A stretch of DNA of 52,126 nucleotides from NCBI GenBank assembly GCA_001818655.1, contig MHLC01000007.1, positions 1 through 52,126 on the forward strand, written 5' to 3'. Below the pieces are notes generated by a model, which made no database searches, was not told the DNA's origin, and worked only from the letters and a program-made list of their open reading frames with translations. Positions 1 to 8,053 of the stretch are shown here, piece by piece. This stretch comes from Candidatus Liptonbacteria bacterium RIFCSPLOWO2_01_FULL_56_20. GTDB lineage: Bacteria > Patescibacteriota > Minisyncoccia > UBA6257 > 2-01-FULL-56-20. The translations under genes and the position numbers were made by a program. Each line of letters begins with the position of its first letter. The stretch's first letter is position 1.

Positions 1-229
1 CTTCTAGGGCCTTGATCCAGTCCTCGTCCTCGCGGACAAGGATGCCCGGGAGGACGTGGATGCGGCCGCTGTCGGGCGCGGGAATGGCGGACAAGAATGC
101 CTCCGCCATTTTGCCGAGGAGGAGGAGCGGGTCAAACGGCGATCCGCCCTTTTTCCCTGCAGCTCGCTCCACTTTGCGTGCGGCGCGGGTGAATTCTTTC
201 ACCTGCTCCGCTGTCCAGTTATACGGCAT
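1..229 (-). CDS. hypothetical protein, N-terminal part (runs off window start)
   Basis: Minus-strand ATG at 229-227 (MPYNWTAEQVKEFTRAARKVERAAGKKGGSPFDPLLLLGK...), GGAGAAG SD-like motif 8 nt upstream, open to the window edge so absent from the ORF track. No family recognised. Confidence 0.4.
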   Translation of the reverse strand, partial: MPYNWTAEQVKEFTRAARKVERAAGKKGGSPFDPLLLLGKMAEAFLSAIPAPDSGRIHVLPGILVREDEDWIKALE

Positions 230-288
230 CGTCTCTTCTCCTTCGCCTGCCGCTCATCCCGCGGGATTGCGGGAACTTAGACAGGTCT

Positions 289-343
289 CTTGGTTGCACG
301 CCAAAGGGCTCAACAATATCAAGCCTTTTGGCGTACAACCAAG
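289..343 (-). promoter_or_regulatory. 22-bp leader hairpin in the 5' UTR of the downstream ORF
   Basis: CTTGGTTGCACGCCAAAGGGCT / AGCCTTTTGGCGTACAACCAAG with an 11-nt loop. The two non-Watson-Crick positions are G:U only in the minus-strand RNA. Confidence 0.4.
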
Positions 344-363
344 CATTATCAATGTGCGCATAT

Positions 364-392
364 ATTATAGCATATCCTGTCAAAAAACGCAA
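364..392 (-). promoter_or_regulatory. sigma70-like promoter (TTGCGT-N17-TATAAT)
   Basis: On the minus strand: -35 TTGCGT (392-387), 17-nt spacer, -10 TATAAT (369-364), about 130 nt upstream of the ATG at 229. Confidence 0.45.
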
Positions 393-477
393 GGGCTGGC
401 ATATCCCTGTCCCGCCCCACAAGCGAGAGTATCCTTTTGGGAGAACCATAAGCGGAGATTCATGCTAAATAACTAAT

Positions 478-621
478 GCGGAGGCTTTTGCTCTTGCGGA
501 AGCTCTCGCAGGCATTTTGAGCTTGGTTCCCGCCTTGGCGGGATCAAAATGCCGAGAGTGCAGGTGGTCAGCGGTCGCTGGAGCCGCTGAACCACCGGTT
601 CCGCAAGAGCAAAAGTCGGAG
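478..621 (+). repeat. family-A palindromic element, copy A1 (outer stem plus two internal hairpins)
   Basis: Ends pair over about 20 bp (479-501 with 599-620). Internal hairpins GGCATTTTGA...TCAAAATGCC and GGTGGTCAGCGG...CCGCTGAACCACC. Homologous to 14388-14533 and 31677-31810. Confidence 0.75.
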
Positions 622-1893
622 CTATTCGATCCCCTCGTACTCACGCACGGTAAGTTGAGAATTGATCTGCCGCATGGTTTCCAAGGCAACCGCAACCACG
701 ATAAGGAGCGCGGTGCCGCTTACGGTCAAGACCGAGAGCCCTGTCAAGCTTTGAATAAGAAGCGGGAGCACGGCGACGAGTCCGAGGAAGGTCGCGCCGA
801 AAAACGTCACGCGGTTCACGATCGCGGCAAAGAACTGCGCAGTCGCCTCGCCGGGCCTGATGCCCGGCACAAACCCCCCGCTCCGCTGGAGATTCTTTGA
901 CAGTTCCTCCGGATTAAAGGTGATCGCGGTATAGAAATACGTGAAGACCACGACCAGAATGAAATACGCCGCGCCGTACAAGAGACGATTATTCAACAGC
1001 TTCGTAACCAGCTCGTTGAACTTCAGCGCGAAATCAACCGAAACAATAGAAGTGATCTGCGCCAGGAATTGCGGGAACAGGAGCACCGAGATCGCGAAAA
1101 TCAGCGGTATCATGCCGGCCTGATTCACCTTGAGCGGCAGGTAGCTTGAAGCGCCGCCGTACATTTTGATGCCGCGCACTCTCCGCGCATAGGTGATCGG
1201 TATTTTTCTCTCGCCCTCGTTCAGATACACGACCCCGGCAACGAGCAGGACGAGCACGATCAAGAATCCGATATAGGTCGGCAGCAGGCTCGGCGTGTAG
1301 GAAGCGAACGCAAGCTGCGCATCTTGAGGAAGGCGGGAAACGATACCCGCCAAAATAATGAGCGACACGCCGTTCCCGATCTTTTGCTCGCTCACGAGCT
1401 CGCCAAGCCAAAGCGTGATCATGGAGCCCGCGGCGATCGCGAGCACGTTCGTCGCCAAACTGAACATGCTCGGCCTGTCGATCACGTTCTGCGCCACGAG
1501 AATATTCAAAAATCCGTACGCCTGGAGCAGAGCGAGGGGAACGGTGAGCATCCGCGAATACTGGTTGAACTTCGCCTGCCCGCGGCTCCCCTCCTCGTAG
1601 TACATCTGCTTGAACTTCGGGAAGATGATGGTCAAGAGCTGCATGATGATGGTGGCGGTGATGTAGGGGCCAACCCCAAGCATGGCGACCGACAAATTTT
1701 CGAGTCCGCCGCCGGAGAAAAGATTCAGGAAGCCCAAGAGCTGGTTGGAGCCGAAAAACGCCTCGAGCCGCGCCGCGTCCACGCCTGGGATGGGGATCGC
1801 GGCAAGGAGCCGGAACGCCACGAGGAGCCCGACCACGATCAAGACCTTTTTCCGGAGGTCTTTTACTTTAAATATCTGGAGAAAACGATTCAT
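622..1893 (-). CDS. secY: preprotein translocase subunit SecY
   Basis: 423-aa multi-TM protein with SecY-typical segments (GVGPYITATIIMQLL, EGERKIPITYARR). Follows rplO as in spc operons. Confidence 0.95.
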   Translation of the reverse strand: MNRFLQIFKVKDLRKKVLIVVGLLVAFRLLAAIPIPGVDAARLEAFFGSNQLLGFLNLFSGGGLENLSVAMLGVGPYITATIIMQLLTIIFPKFKQMYYEEGSRGQAKFNQYSRMLTVPLALLQAYGFLNILVAQNVIDRPSMFSLATNVLAIAAGSMITLWLGELVSEQKIGNGVSLIILAGIVSRLPQDAQLAFASYTPSLLPTYIGFLIVLVLLVAGVVYLNEGERKIPITYARRVRGIKMYGGASSYLPLKVNQAGMIPLIFAISVLLFPQFLAQITSIVSVDFALKFNELVTKLLNNRLLYGAAYFILVVVFTYFYTAITFNPEELSKNLQRSGGFVPGIRPGEATAQFFAAIVNRVTFFGATFLGLVAVLPLLIQSLTGLSVLTVSGTALLIVVAVALETMRQINSQLTVREYEGIE

Positions 1894-1910
1894 ATGGGTC
1901 CCGGCCGCGG

Positions 1911-2354
1911 CTACTCCACGCTGCCGCCCGCCTTTTCGATCTCCATCTTAACATTTTTCGAGACGCGGAGCCCCTTTACCTCGAGGGGCATCGCCACAGA
2001 GGATTTTCCGAGAATTTTTACGTCTCCGCGGTAGCGCGGCGGGATAAGACCCGCGTTTCTCAAGAATTCTTTGTTGACCTCCACCTTGCCGCTCCCGCCC
2101 GGAGCGAGCGGTTTTGCCCTCCTCAAGATTTCCCGGATGTCTATCGTGAACGGCTTGGGATACAGTGGTTTATTCCGGAAGCCGCGGCGCTTTGGCAAGC
2201 GCAAAATAAGGTCGCGTGAAGCAGGACGGATCCGCCGGCCCGCGCGGGATTTCTGGCCCTTGAGGCCGCGGCCGGAATAGGTGCCTCGCTTCCCGCCGCG
2301 GCCGACGCGTTTCCTGGGCCTTTTTTTCAGCCCCTGAAGTTCGTGCATGCGCAT
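1911..2354 (-). CDS. rplO: 50S ribosomal protein uL15
   Basis: RVGRGGKRGTYSGRGLKGQKSR motif. Lies between rpsE and secY. Confidence 0.93.
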   Translation of the reverse strand: MRMHELQGLKKRPRKRVGRGGKRGTYSGRGLKGQKSRAGRRIRPASRDLILRLPKRRGFRNKPLYPKPFTIDIREILRRAKPLAPGGSGKVEVNKEFLRNAGLIPPRYRGDVKILGKSSVAMPLEVKGLRVSKNVKMEIEKAGGSVE

Positions 2355-2365
2355 GGACGTAATGG

Positions 2366-2833
2366 TTATTGCGATAATTGCTTCAAGGCCTCGATGGTTG
2401 CGAGCGCATTCGTGAGCTTATTCGGGGTTCGCCCCAGGCATTTCGCGGTTATGTCTCTGACTCCCGCGAGCCCCAGCACGACGCGAACCGCCCCGCCCGC
2501 TTTGAGGCCGTGGCCTTCTCCCGCGGGCTTGAGGAGCACTCTGGCCGCGCTGTATTTCGCCTCCGCGCGATACAGAATGGTCCGCCCGTCTTTCAAGGGA
2601 ACGGTGATCAGGTTCTTTTTCCCCTCGGCTCTTGCCTTCGCAACCGCAGACGCCACGTCCAACCCTTTGGCGACACCGACGCCGACTTGGCCTTTCTCGT
2701 CGCCGACCGCGACCGTCGCGCGGAAGCGGAATCGTTTCCCGCCGGCGACCACGCGCGTCACCCGGCGCAGGTCAAGCACTTTCTCTTTGAAATCGTCCCT
2801 TTTTACGAATTTTGCAAAGCGTTCTCTCGCCAT
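2366..2833 (-). CDS. rpsE: 30S ribosomal protein uS5
   Basis: VTRVVAGGKRFRFRATVAVGD...GVGVAKG; operon position. Confidence 0.95.
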   Translation of the reverse strand: MARERFAKFVKRDDFKEKVLDLRRVTRVVAGGKRFRFRATVAVGDEKGQVGVGVAKGLDVASAVAKARAEGKKNLITVPLKDGRTILYRAEAKYSAARVLLKPAGEGHGLKAGGAVRVVLGLAGVRDITAKCLGRTPNKLTNALATIEALKQLSQ

Positions 2834-2837
2834 AAAA

Positions 2838-3197
2838 TTATATCTTTAAGCCCTTCTCGCGGGCTCCTTCGCAGAGGGACTGCACGCGGCCGTGGTAGCT
2901 GTACGACCGCCGGTCGAACACCGCACGGGCGATGTGAAGCGTTTTTGCTTTTTCTGCAAGCGCTTCGCCCACCGCGCGCGCTTCCTGCATTCCTGACTTT
3001 CCCTTTCCCAGCTTGAGTCCGCGGCTTGAAGCCGAGGCCAGGGTATGCCCTTTCTCGTCATCTATAAGCTGCGCGTAGATGAACCGGCTGCTGCGGAATA
3101 CCGCGAGTCGGGGCCTCACCGCCGTGCCAAAGATCTTCGCGCGTACGCGGTGAATACGCCGCTTCTGTTTCGCCCGAAAATGTTTCTGGGGATTCAT
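2838..3197 (-). CDS. rplR: 50S ribosomal protein uL18
   Basis: RLAVFRSSRFIYAQLIDD...; operon position. Confidence 0.93.
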   Translation of the reverse strand: MNPQKHFRAKQKRRIHRVRAKIFGTAVRPRLAVFRSSRFIYAQLIDDEKGHTLASASSRGLKLGKGKSGMQEARAVGEALAEKAKTLHIARAVFDRRSYSYHGRVQSLCEGAREKGLKI

Positions 3198-3205
3198 GAA
3201 TGGAG

Positions 3206-3748
3206 TTAGCCCGCGGCAACCGCTTTCTTGCCGACTTTTCGCTTCACGACCTCGCCCTGATACCGTATGCCCTTCCCTTTATACGGCTCCGGCTTCTTGA
3301 GTCCGCGGATCTGCGATGCGACGCGCCCTACGAGCTCCTTGTTGATCCCCGTGATCGTGATGGTATTTTTCTGCGCCGAAATAGCGATCCCCTGCGGCAC
3401 GGGAAAGCGGACCGGCTCGACATAGCCCAGCGAAAGCACGAGCGTGCTACCCTCCATGGCCGCACGATATCCCACGCCCTCGATTTCCAGGGTCTTTGAA
3501 AATCCGGCTGTGACGCCCTCGACCGCGTTGCGGATGAGCGACCACATCGTTCCGCTGTTCGCTCTCGCCTGCGCCGAATCATCGCTCATAGCTACGTCCA
3601 CCTTGTCCGTACCGACCGCGATCTTGATATGCGGCAGGACGTTAAGAGAAAGCGCTCCTTTGGGGCCTTTGACTTCGATATGCGTGGGGGTCGCGACGAG
3701 CGTAACTCCGCTCGGCACCGCCACTGGTTTTTTCGCCAAGCGCGACAT
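3206..3748 (-). CDS. rplF: 50S ribosomal protein uL6
   Basis: Start trimmed from the ORF-track 3763 to ATG 3748 (MSRLAKKPVAVPSGV), 1 nt after the rpsH stop. Confidence 0.93.
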   Translation of the reverse strand: MSRLAKKPVAVPSGVTLVATPTHIEVKGPKGALSLNVLPHIKIAVGTDKVDVAMSDDSAQARANSGTMWSLIRNAVEGVTAGFSKTLEIEGVGYRAAMEGSTLVLSLGYVEPVRFPVPQGIAISAQKNTITITGINKELVGRVASQIRGLKKPEPYKGKGIRYQGEVVKRKVGKKAVAAG

Positions 3749-3749
3749 A

Positions 3750-4130
3750 TTACCAGACATCAAAAAGATATTCGCCTCCGACTTTCTTGGTTCTCGCCTC
3801 GCGGTTGCTCATCACGCCTTCCGGAGTCGAAAGAACGGCGATCCCGCGCCGCCCGCGGCCCATTTGAAGATCGCGGTAGCCGACATAGATGCGCCGGCTG
3901 GGCTTGCTCACGATCTTAAAATCGGAGAGCGCAGGACGGTTATTGGCGTATCGCAGTTTCAACTCCAGCACGGTCCGCTTCCCGGCCGGCTTTTTCTGCG
4001 CGTCCTGAAGATAGCCGGCGTCAACGAGCAGCTTCGCAACAGAAAAATCCAGCTTCGAAAGCGGGGCGTGGAGGACTTCTTTTCTTGCACGCTCCGCGTT
4101 TTTGATTTTTACAAGAAGATCGTAGTACAT
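3750..4130 (-). CDS. rpsH: 30S ribosomal protein uS8
   Basis: 126 aa, IKNAERARK... N-terminus; operon position. Confidence 0.95.
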   Translation of the reverse strand: MYYDLLVKIKNAERARKEVLHAPLSKLDFSVAKLLVDAGYLQDAQKKPAGKRTVLELKLRYANNRPALSDFKIVSKPSRRIYVGYRDLQMGRGRRGIAVLSTPEGVMSNREARTKKVGGEYLFDVW

Positions 4131-4134
4131 ATTG

Positions 4135-4320
4135 TTACCAGGATGCCTTTTTTACGCCAGGGATCTCGCCGCGCGAAGCCATCTCCCGAAAACAGATGCG
4201 GCACAGACCGAACATGCGCATGAACCCCCGCTTGCGGCCGCACCGGAAACAGCGCCGAGTGAGCCGTGTGCTGAATTTGGGCGTTTTTTTGCTCCGGGCG
4301 ATCCAGGATGTTTTTGGCAT
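4135..4320 (-). CDS. rpsN: 30S ribosomal protein uS14, zinc-binding type Z
   Basis: 61 aa with CFRCGR...CRIC cysteine pairs and C-terminal ASW. Confidence 0.93.
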   Translation of the reverse strand: MPKTSWIARSKKTPKFSTRLTRRCFRCGRKRGFMRMFGLCRICFREMASRGEIPGVKKASW

Positions 4321-4329
4321 AGGGATGAT

Positions 4330-4842
4330 CTATTTTTTGAGCGGCACGCCGAGGCGGCGGTACGCATCTATTGCGGTCGCGCGCGATTTCTTGCGCGGTA
4401 CGATATTCACGCCCAGAGAGAAAATGAAAGGTGATTCTTCGGGGTTGATCTCCGGGAATACGAACTGCTCTCGAAATCCGATGTTCAATGCGCCCCCTTT
4501 ATCGATCGCGCTCGGGGCGATCCCGCTAAAGTCGCGTACGCGAGGCAATACTATTGTAATGAGGCGCGCGAAAAAATCAATCATTTTCCTGCCCCGTAAT
4601 GTCACGCTCACGCCGACGATCTGCCCTTGCCGTATCTTAAAACCGGCGATCGATTTTTTCGCGCGGCGCACCTGCGGGGCCTGTCCGGAGATGAGCGCGA
4701 GGTCGTGCTTGACCTGCACGAGCGCCTTTTCTTCAAAATTCGGCTGCTGACTCGCGCGACCCACGCCCGCATTCACGACGATCTTTTCGAGGAACTGCGG
4801 GGCGCCCGGGGTATTCGGTTGTGACCGAGGAGATGACGTCAT
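4330..4842 (-). CDS. rplE: 50S ribosomal protein uL5
   Basis: IVVNAGVG...GFREQFVFPEI; operon position. Confidence 0.93.
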   Translation of the reverse strand: MTSSPRSQPNTPGAPQFLEKIVVNAGVGRASQQPNFEEKALVQVKHDLALISGQAPQVRRAKKSIAGFKIRQGQIVGVSVTLRGRKMIDFFARLITIVLPRVRDFSGIAPSAIDKGGALNIGFREQFVFPEINPEESPFIFSLGVNIVPRKKSRATAIDAYRRLGVPLKK

Positions 4843-4852
4843 ATGGGTGCCG

Positions 4853-5158
4853 TTATATCGCCGAGCCGCACTTTTTGCAGTACCGCACCTTTTGATTGCC
4901 TAGAAGCCGGCTGCCCACGCGCACTGCTTTTTTACAGTTCCGGCATATCACCATGGCGTTCGAGACGGCAATGGGGCGAACCACCATCACGGTCTCGCCC
5001 TTCTGATTCTGCCGCCGCGGCCGGACTCTCTTCTTATAGAGATTCACGCCCTCTACCGATATGGCGTTTCCGGCCGGCATAACCTTCATCACTGTCCCCG
5101 ACTTCCCCCGGTCTTTCCCGGCAATGATTTTTACTTGGTCTCCTTTCTTAATATGCAT
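4853..5158 (-). CDS. rplX: 50S ribosomal protein uL24
   Basis: KOW motif KKGDQVKIIAGKDRGKSG. Confidence 0.93.
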   Translation of the reverse strand: MHIKKGDQVKIIAGKDRGKSGTVMKVMPAGNAISVEGVNLYKKRVRPRRQNQKGETVMVVRPIAVSNAMVICRNCKKAVRVGSRLLGNQKVRYCKKCGSAI

Positions 5159-5174
5159 GGACGTGATGCTTGAG

Positions 5175-5543
5175 CTACACGACTTCTTCTGCCATGGTCA
5201 TTAATTTTTCGAATCCCTTCGTTTTAAGCTCCCTGGGCAGCGGACCGAATATCCGGCTCGCGACCGGCTCGCGCTTCGCGTCAATGAGCACGACCGCATT
5301 TTCGTCAAAACGAACGTACGAGCCGTCCGCGCGGCGCAGCGCGTGCCGCGTCCGGATGACCAGGGCCTTCACGATGTCTTTTTTCTTCACTGTTTTCCGC
5401 GGCTCTGCCACCTGGACGGAAGCGACGATCACGTCTCCGACCTTGGCGTACCGGTGGCGCGTCCCTCCGAGAATGCGAAAACACCGTACGGTCTTCGCGC
5501 CGCTATTGTCGGCAACTTTAAGTATGCTTCTCTCCTGTATCAT
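5175..5543 (-). CDS. rplN: 50S ribosomal protein uL14
   Basis: MIQERSILKVADNSGAK... Confidence 0.96.
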   Translation of the reverse strand: MIQERSILKVADNSGAKTVRCFRILGGTRHRYAKVGDVIVASVQVAEPRKTVKKKDIVKALVIRTRHALRRADGSYVRFDENAVVLIDAKREPVASRIFGPLPRELKTKGFEKLMTMAEEVV

Positions 5544-5547
5544 GGAT

Positions 5548-5811
5548 TTATGCCTTGCCCGTGATGCTCCATCGCTTGGTTTTTGAGAGCGGCCGCGTCT
5601 CTTCGATCACCACTCTGTCGCCAACATGGTATTCATTGCGTTCGTCGTGCGCATGGAATTTCCTTGTCACCTTATAGCGCAGGAGGTATTTCGGATGCTG
5701 TTTGAGTCGCGTGATGGCGATCACCCTGGTCTTCTGCATACGCTCGGACACTACCGTGCCTACGAGCCTCCTTTTTGCTGCCGCTTTCTGGTTCTGCGTC
5801 ATGGTTCTCAT
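5548..5811 (-). CDS. rpsQ: 30S ribosomal protein uS17
   Basis: GTVVSERMQKTRVIAITRLKQHPKY; ATGA overlap with the rpmC stop. Confidence 0.92.
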   Translation of the reverse strand: MRTMTQNQKAAAKRRLVGTVVSERMQKTRVIAITRLKQHPKYLLRYKVTRKFHAHDERNEYHVGDRVVIEETRPLSKTKRWSITGKA

Positions 5812-6017
5812 TGTTTTGCCTGCGCGTCGGACATCCGAAGGAACGTGAGCATCCGGGCGATGTCTTTCTGGAGCATACGAAGCTCGCCCACATTCTTCAC
5901 TTTTCCCGCGGCGAGGTCAAATCTTAGAACCCGCAGCCGCTCGCGCGCTTCATGCAAAAGCTTCTCGAGGTCTGCCCGGGGCTTATTTTTTAATTCCTTT
6001 ATCTCTCGCGGCTTCAT
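5808..6017 (-). CDS. rpmC: 50S ribosomal protein uL29
   Basis: 69 aa, coiled L29-like sequence; ATGA overlap with the rplP stop. Confidence 0.9.
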   Translation of the reverse strand: MKPREIKELKNKPRADLEKLLHEARERLRVLRFDLAAGKVKNVGELRMLQKDIARMLTFLRMSDAQAKQ

Positions 6018-6442
6018 CGCGTACTATGCTCCGTCTTGCTTATGACCCTGGTCTTGAACGGCAACTTATACGCCGCGCGGCGGAGCGCTTCCCTTGCGAT
6101 CTCCGGACTCGACGTGTCAAGCTCAAAAATGACCCTGCCAGGCCGTACCGGAAATACGTAATGATCCACGCTCCCCTTTCCGCCGCCCATGGTCGTCTCG
6201 GGCGGCCGCTTGGTGATCGGCTTATCCGGAAAGACGCGGATCCATAAACGGCCCTCGCGCTTGATATAGCCCGTGATGGTGCGACGCGCAGCTTCGATCT
6301 GGCGGGAATTGAGCCGTGCGGCTTCGAGCGCCTTGAGGCCATATTGACCGAAGCTCAACTCAAGACCGCGCGTTTCCACGTTCCTCTTGCGCGAACGCCC
6401 CTTTTGCCATTTTCTATGTTTAACTTTTTTGGGTATTAACAT
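6014..6442 (-). CDS. rplP: 50S ribosomal protein uL16
   Basis: [16 protein letters not shown]... Confidence 0.95.
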   Translation of the reverse strand: MLIPKKVKHRKWQKGRSRKRNVETRGLELSFGQYGLKALEAARLNSRQIEAARRTITGYIKREGRLWIRVFPDKPITKRPPETTMGGGKGSVDHYVFPVRPGRVIFELDTSSPEIAREALRRAAYKLPFKTRVISKTEHSTR

Positions 6443-6475
6443 GGATTTTTAATCCCTTTCTGTCCCGACGCACAC

Positions 6476-7189
6476 TTATGAACCGTCGGTTTTCTTCTCG
6501 AACACCTCTCCTTTATAGATCCATACCTTGACTCCAGTCGTGCCGTACGTAGTAAATGCCGTCGCATAGCCATAATCAATGTCCGCACGGAGCGTTTGCA
6601 AAGGGAGCATGCCGCGCTTCAGGGATTCTCTCCGCGCGATATCCGCTCCGCCAAGCCGTCCGGCCAGAAGTATTTTCGCTCCTTTCACTTCCTTGTTCTG
6701 CAGACAGGCCTCAAGGTATTTCTTCATCGCGCGCCGGAACGGCAAACGCTTCTCAAGGTCCCACGCGATCTGCTGCGCCACATACGCCGCGGAGATCTCC
6801 GACCTCTTCAGCTCCTCTACGTTCACGCTGATGCCCGCGCTCCGCTTCCCCGGGGCATCGGCGCCGCGCAGCTTGCGCAGCTGCCTCTCGAGCGCCCTGG
6901 TGAGCTCTTCGATCCCCTTGCCGCCCTGTCCGATCACCAGCCCCGGGCGAGCCGCTTTGATGAACACGCGGACGTTATTCGAGGTCCGCTCAATGCCGAT
7001 CGCGGCGATGCCCGCGAGGCCGATCTTTCTGCGGATAACGCGGCGAATGGCTTCGTCTTCTTCCAAAAACTTCGCGTAAGGATACTTTCCTGCGGGACCC
7101 GTGTGCCCCTTCGACGGGAAAAACCACCTCGCTGGCCATTTTTTGGTCATACCGATGCGGAATGAAGTTGGATTGATTTTTTGTCCCAT
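6476..7189 (-). CDS. rpsC: 30S ribosomal protein uS3
   Basis: MGQKINPTSFRIG...KH domain...GRLGGADIAR. Confidence 0.95.
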   Translation of the reverse strand: MGQKINPTSFRIGMTKKWPARWFFPSKGHTGPAGKYPYAKFLEEDEAIRRVIRRKIGLAGIAAIGIERTSNNVRVFIKAARPGLVIGQGGKGIEELTRALERQLRKLRGADAPGKRSAGISVNVEELKRSEISAAYVAQQIAWDLEKRLPFRRAMKKYLEACLQNKEVKGAKILLAGRLGGADIARRESLKRGMLPLQTLRADIDYGYATAFTTYGTTGVKVWIYKGEVFEKKTDGS

Positions 7190-7210
7190 GGGAGTGGCGA
7201 TGTGTATTCT

Positions 7211-7720
7211 TTATACTGATTTTCTCCTGAAGAATCTCTTAAAGAATCCGGGCTTCTCCAGTTTTCGCGTCTTCGCCCGCTCCTCTGACTCGGCCTGCGC
7301 CGTCTTTCGCGTCTTTGGCTTCCCCTCTCCTGGCGGCAGCTTCACTTTCTTGGGAATGATGATCTTGAAACGCGGGGGTCTCGGCGCCGCGCCCTCTTCG
7401 AGCACCAGCGTAAGGTGACTCGTTTTTTTCTGGATGGGGGTGGCCATGCCGCGCGCGCGAGGCAACGAACGCTTGAGCATGGGCCCCTGGTCAACCTGGA
7501 TACGCCCTATGATGAGCCGGTCCGGATCAAGCCGCTTGCCGCTTTTCGCGTTCGCAACGGCGGACCGGAGGAGTTTCAAGATCAGCTTCGCCGCCCGTTG
7601 CCGCTGATGTAAAAGCTGGGCTTCTGCCTCGCTCGCGGTAAGCCCCCGCAATACGTTCGCAATCAGCCGAGCTTTCCTCGGCGCGATCTTCGCATATTGT
7701 AATCGAGCGATCTGTTGCAT
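7211..7720 (-). CDS. rplV: 50S ribosomal protein uL22 with a Lys-rich C-terminal tail of about 60-70 aa
   Basis: Start trimmed to ATG 7720 (MQQIARLQYAKIAPRKARL). The ORF-track 5' extension overlaps rpsS. Confidence 0.9.
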   Translation of the reverse strand: MQQIARLQYAKIAPRKARLIANVLRGLTASEAEAQLLHQRQRAAKLILKLLRSAVANAKSGKRLDPDRLIIGRIQVDQGPMLKRSLPRARGMATPIQKKTSHLTLVLEEGAAPRPPRFKIIIPKKVKLPPGEGKPKTRKTAQAESEERAKTRKLEKPGFFKRFFRRKSV

Positions 7721-7727
7721 GGCGTTA

Positions 7728-8048
7728 TTACTTCTTTGCCGGTGCCGCGGGCGCGGCTGCGGATACGGCTTTCTGTTCAAGCTCTTTCTGTATCTTGCCT
7801 CCGTGCCGGAGGAATTTCCTCGTGGGAGAAAATTCGCCGAGACGATGCCCGACCATATCCTCGGTGATCTTTACCTCGGCAAAGGTCTTCCCGTTGTGCA
7901 CCGCAAAAGTATACCCCACCATTTCCGGCGAGATCTCGGACGCGCGCGACCATGTTTTAATAACCGCTCCGTCCTGCGGCTTTACTTTCGCGATCTTCTT
8001 CAAAATATTCGGGTCAACGAACGGACCCTTTTTGGATGAACGGCTCAT
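7728..8048 (-). CDS. rpsS: 30S ribosomal protein uS19 (short Ala/Lys C-terminal tail)
   Basis: Start trimmed to ATG 8048 ([19 protein letters not shown]). Confidence 0.93.
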   Translation of the reverse strand: MSRSSKKGPFVDPNILKKIAKVKPQDGAVIKTWSRASEISPEMVGYTFAVHNGKTFAEVKITEDMVGHRLGEFSPTRKFLRHGGKIQKELEQKAVSAAAPAAPAKK

Positions 8049-8053
8049 GGAAA

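Noticed and set aside
573-606. Group II intron domain V-like GAGCCG...CGGTTC motif in family-A hairpin 2
   Set aside because: The enclosed loop is about 9 nt instead of the 34-nt bulged domain V. No other intron domains or IEP are present, and the motif is not conserved in copy A2.
1324-4223. Long plus-strand ORFs (1324-2034, 2378-3016, 3444-4223) opposite secY and ribosomal protein genes
   Set aside because: These are typical high-GC antisense shadow ORFs. They have Arg/Pro/Ala-rich low-complexity products and no start signals, and they fully overlap strongly supported genes.
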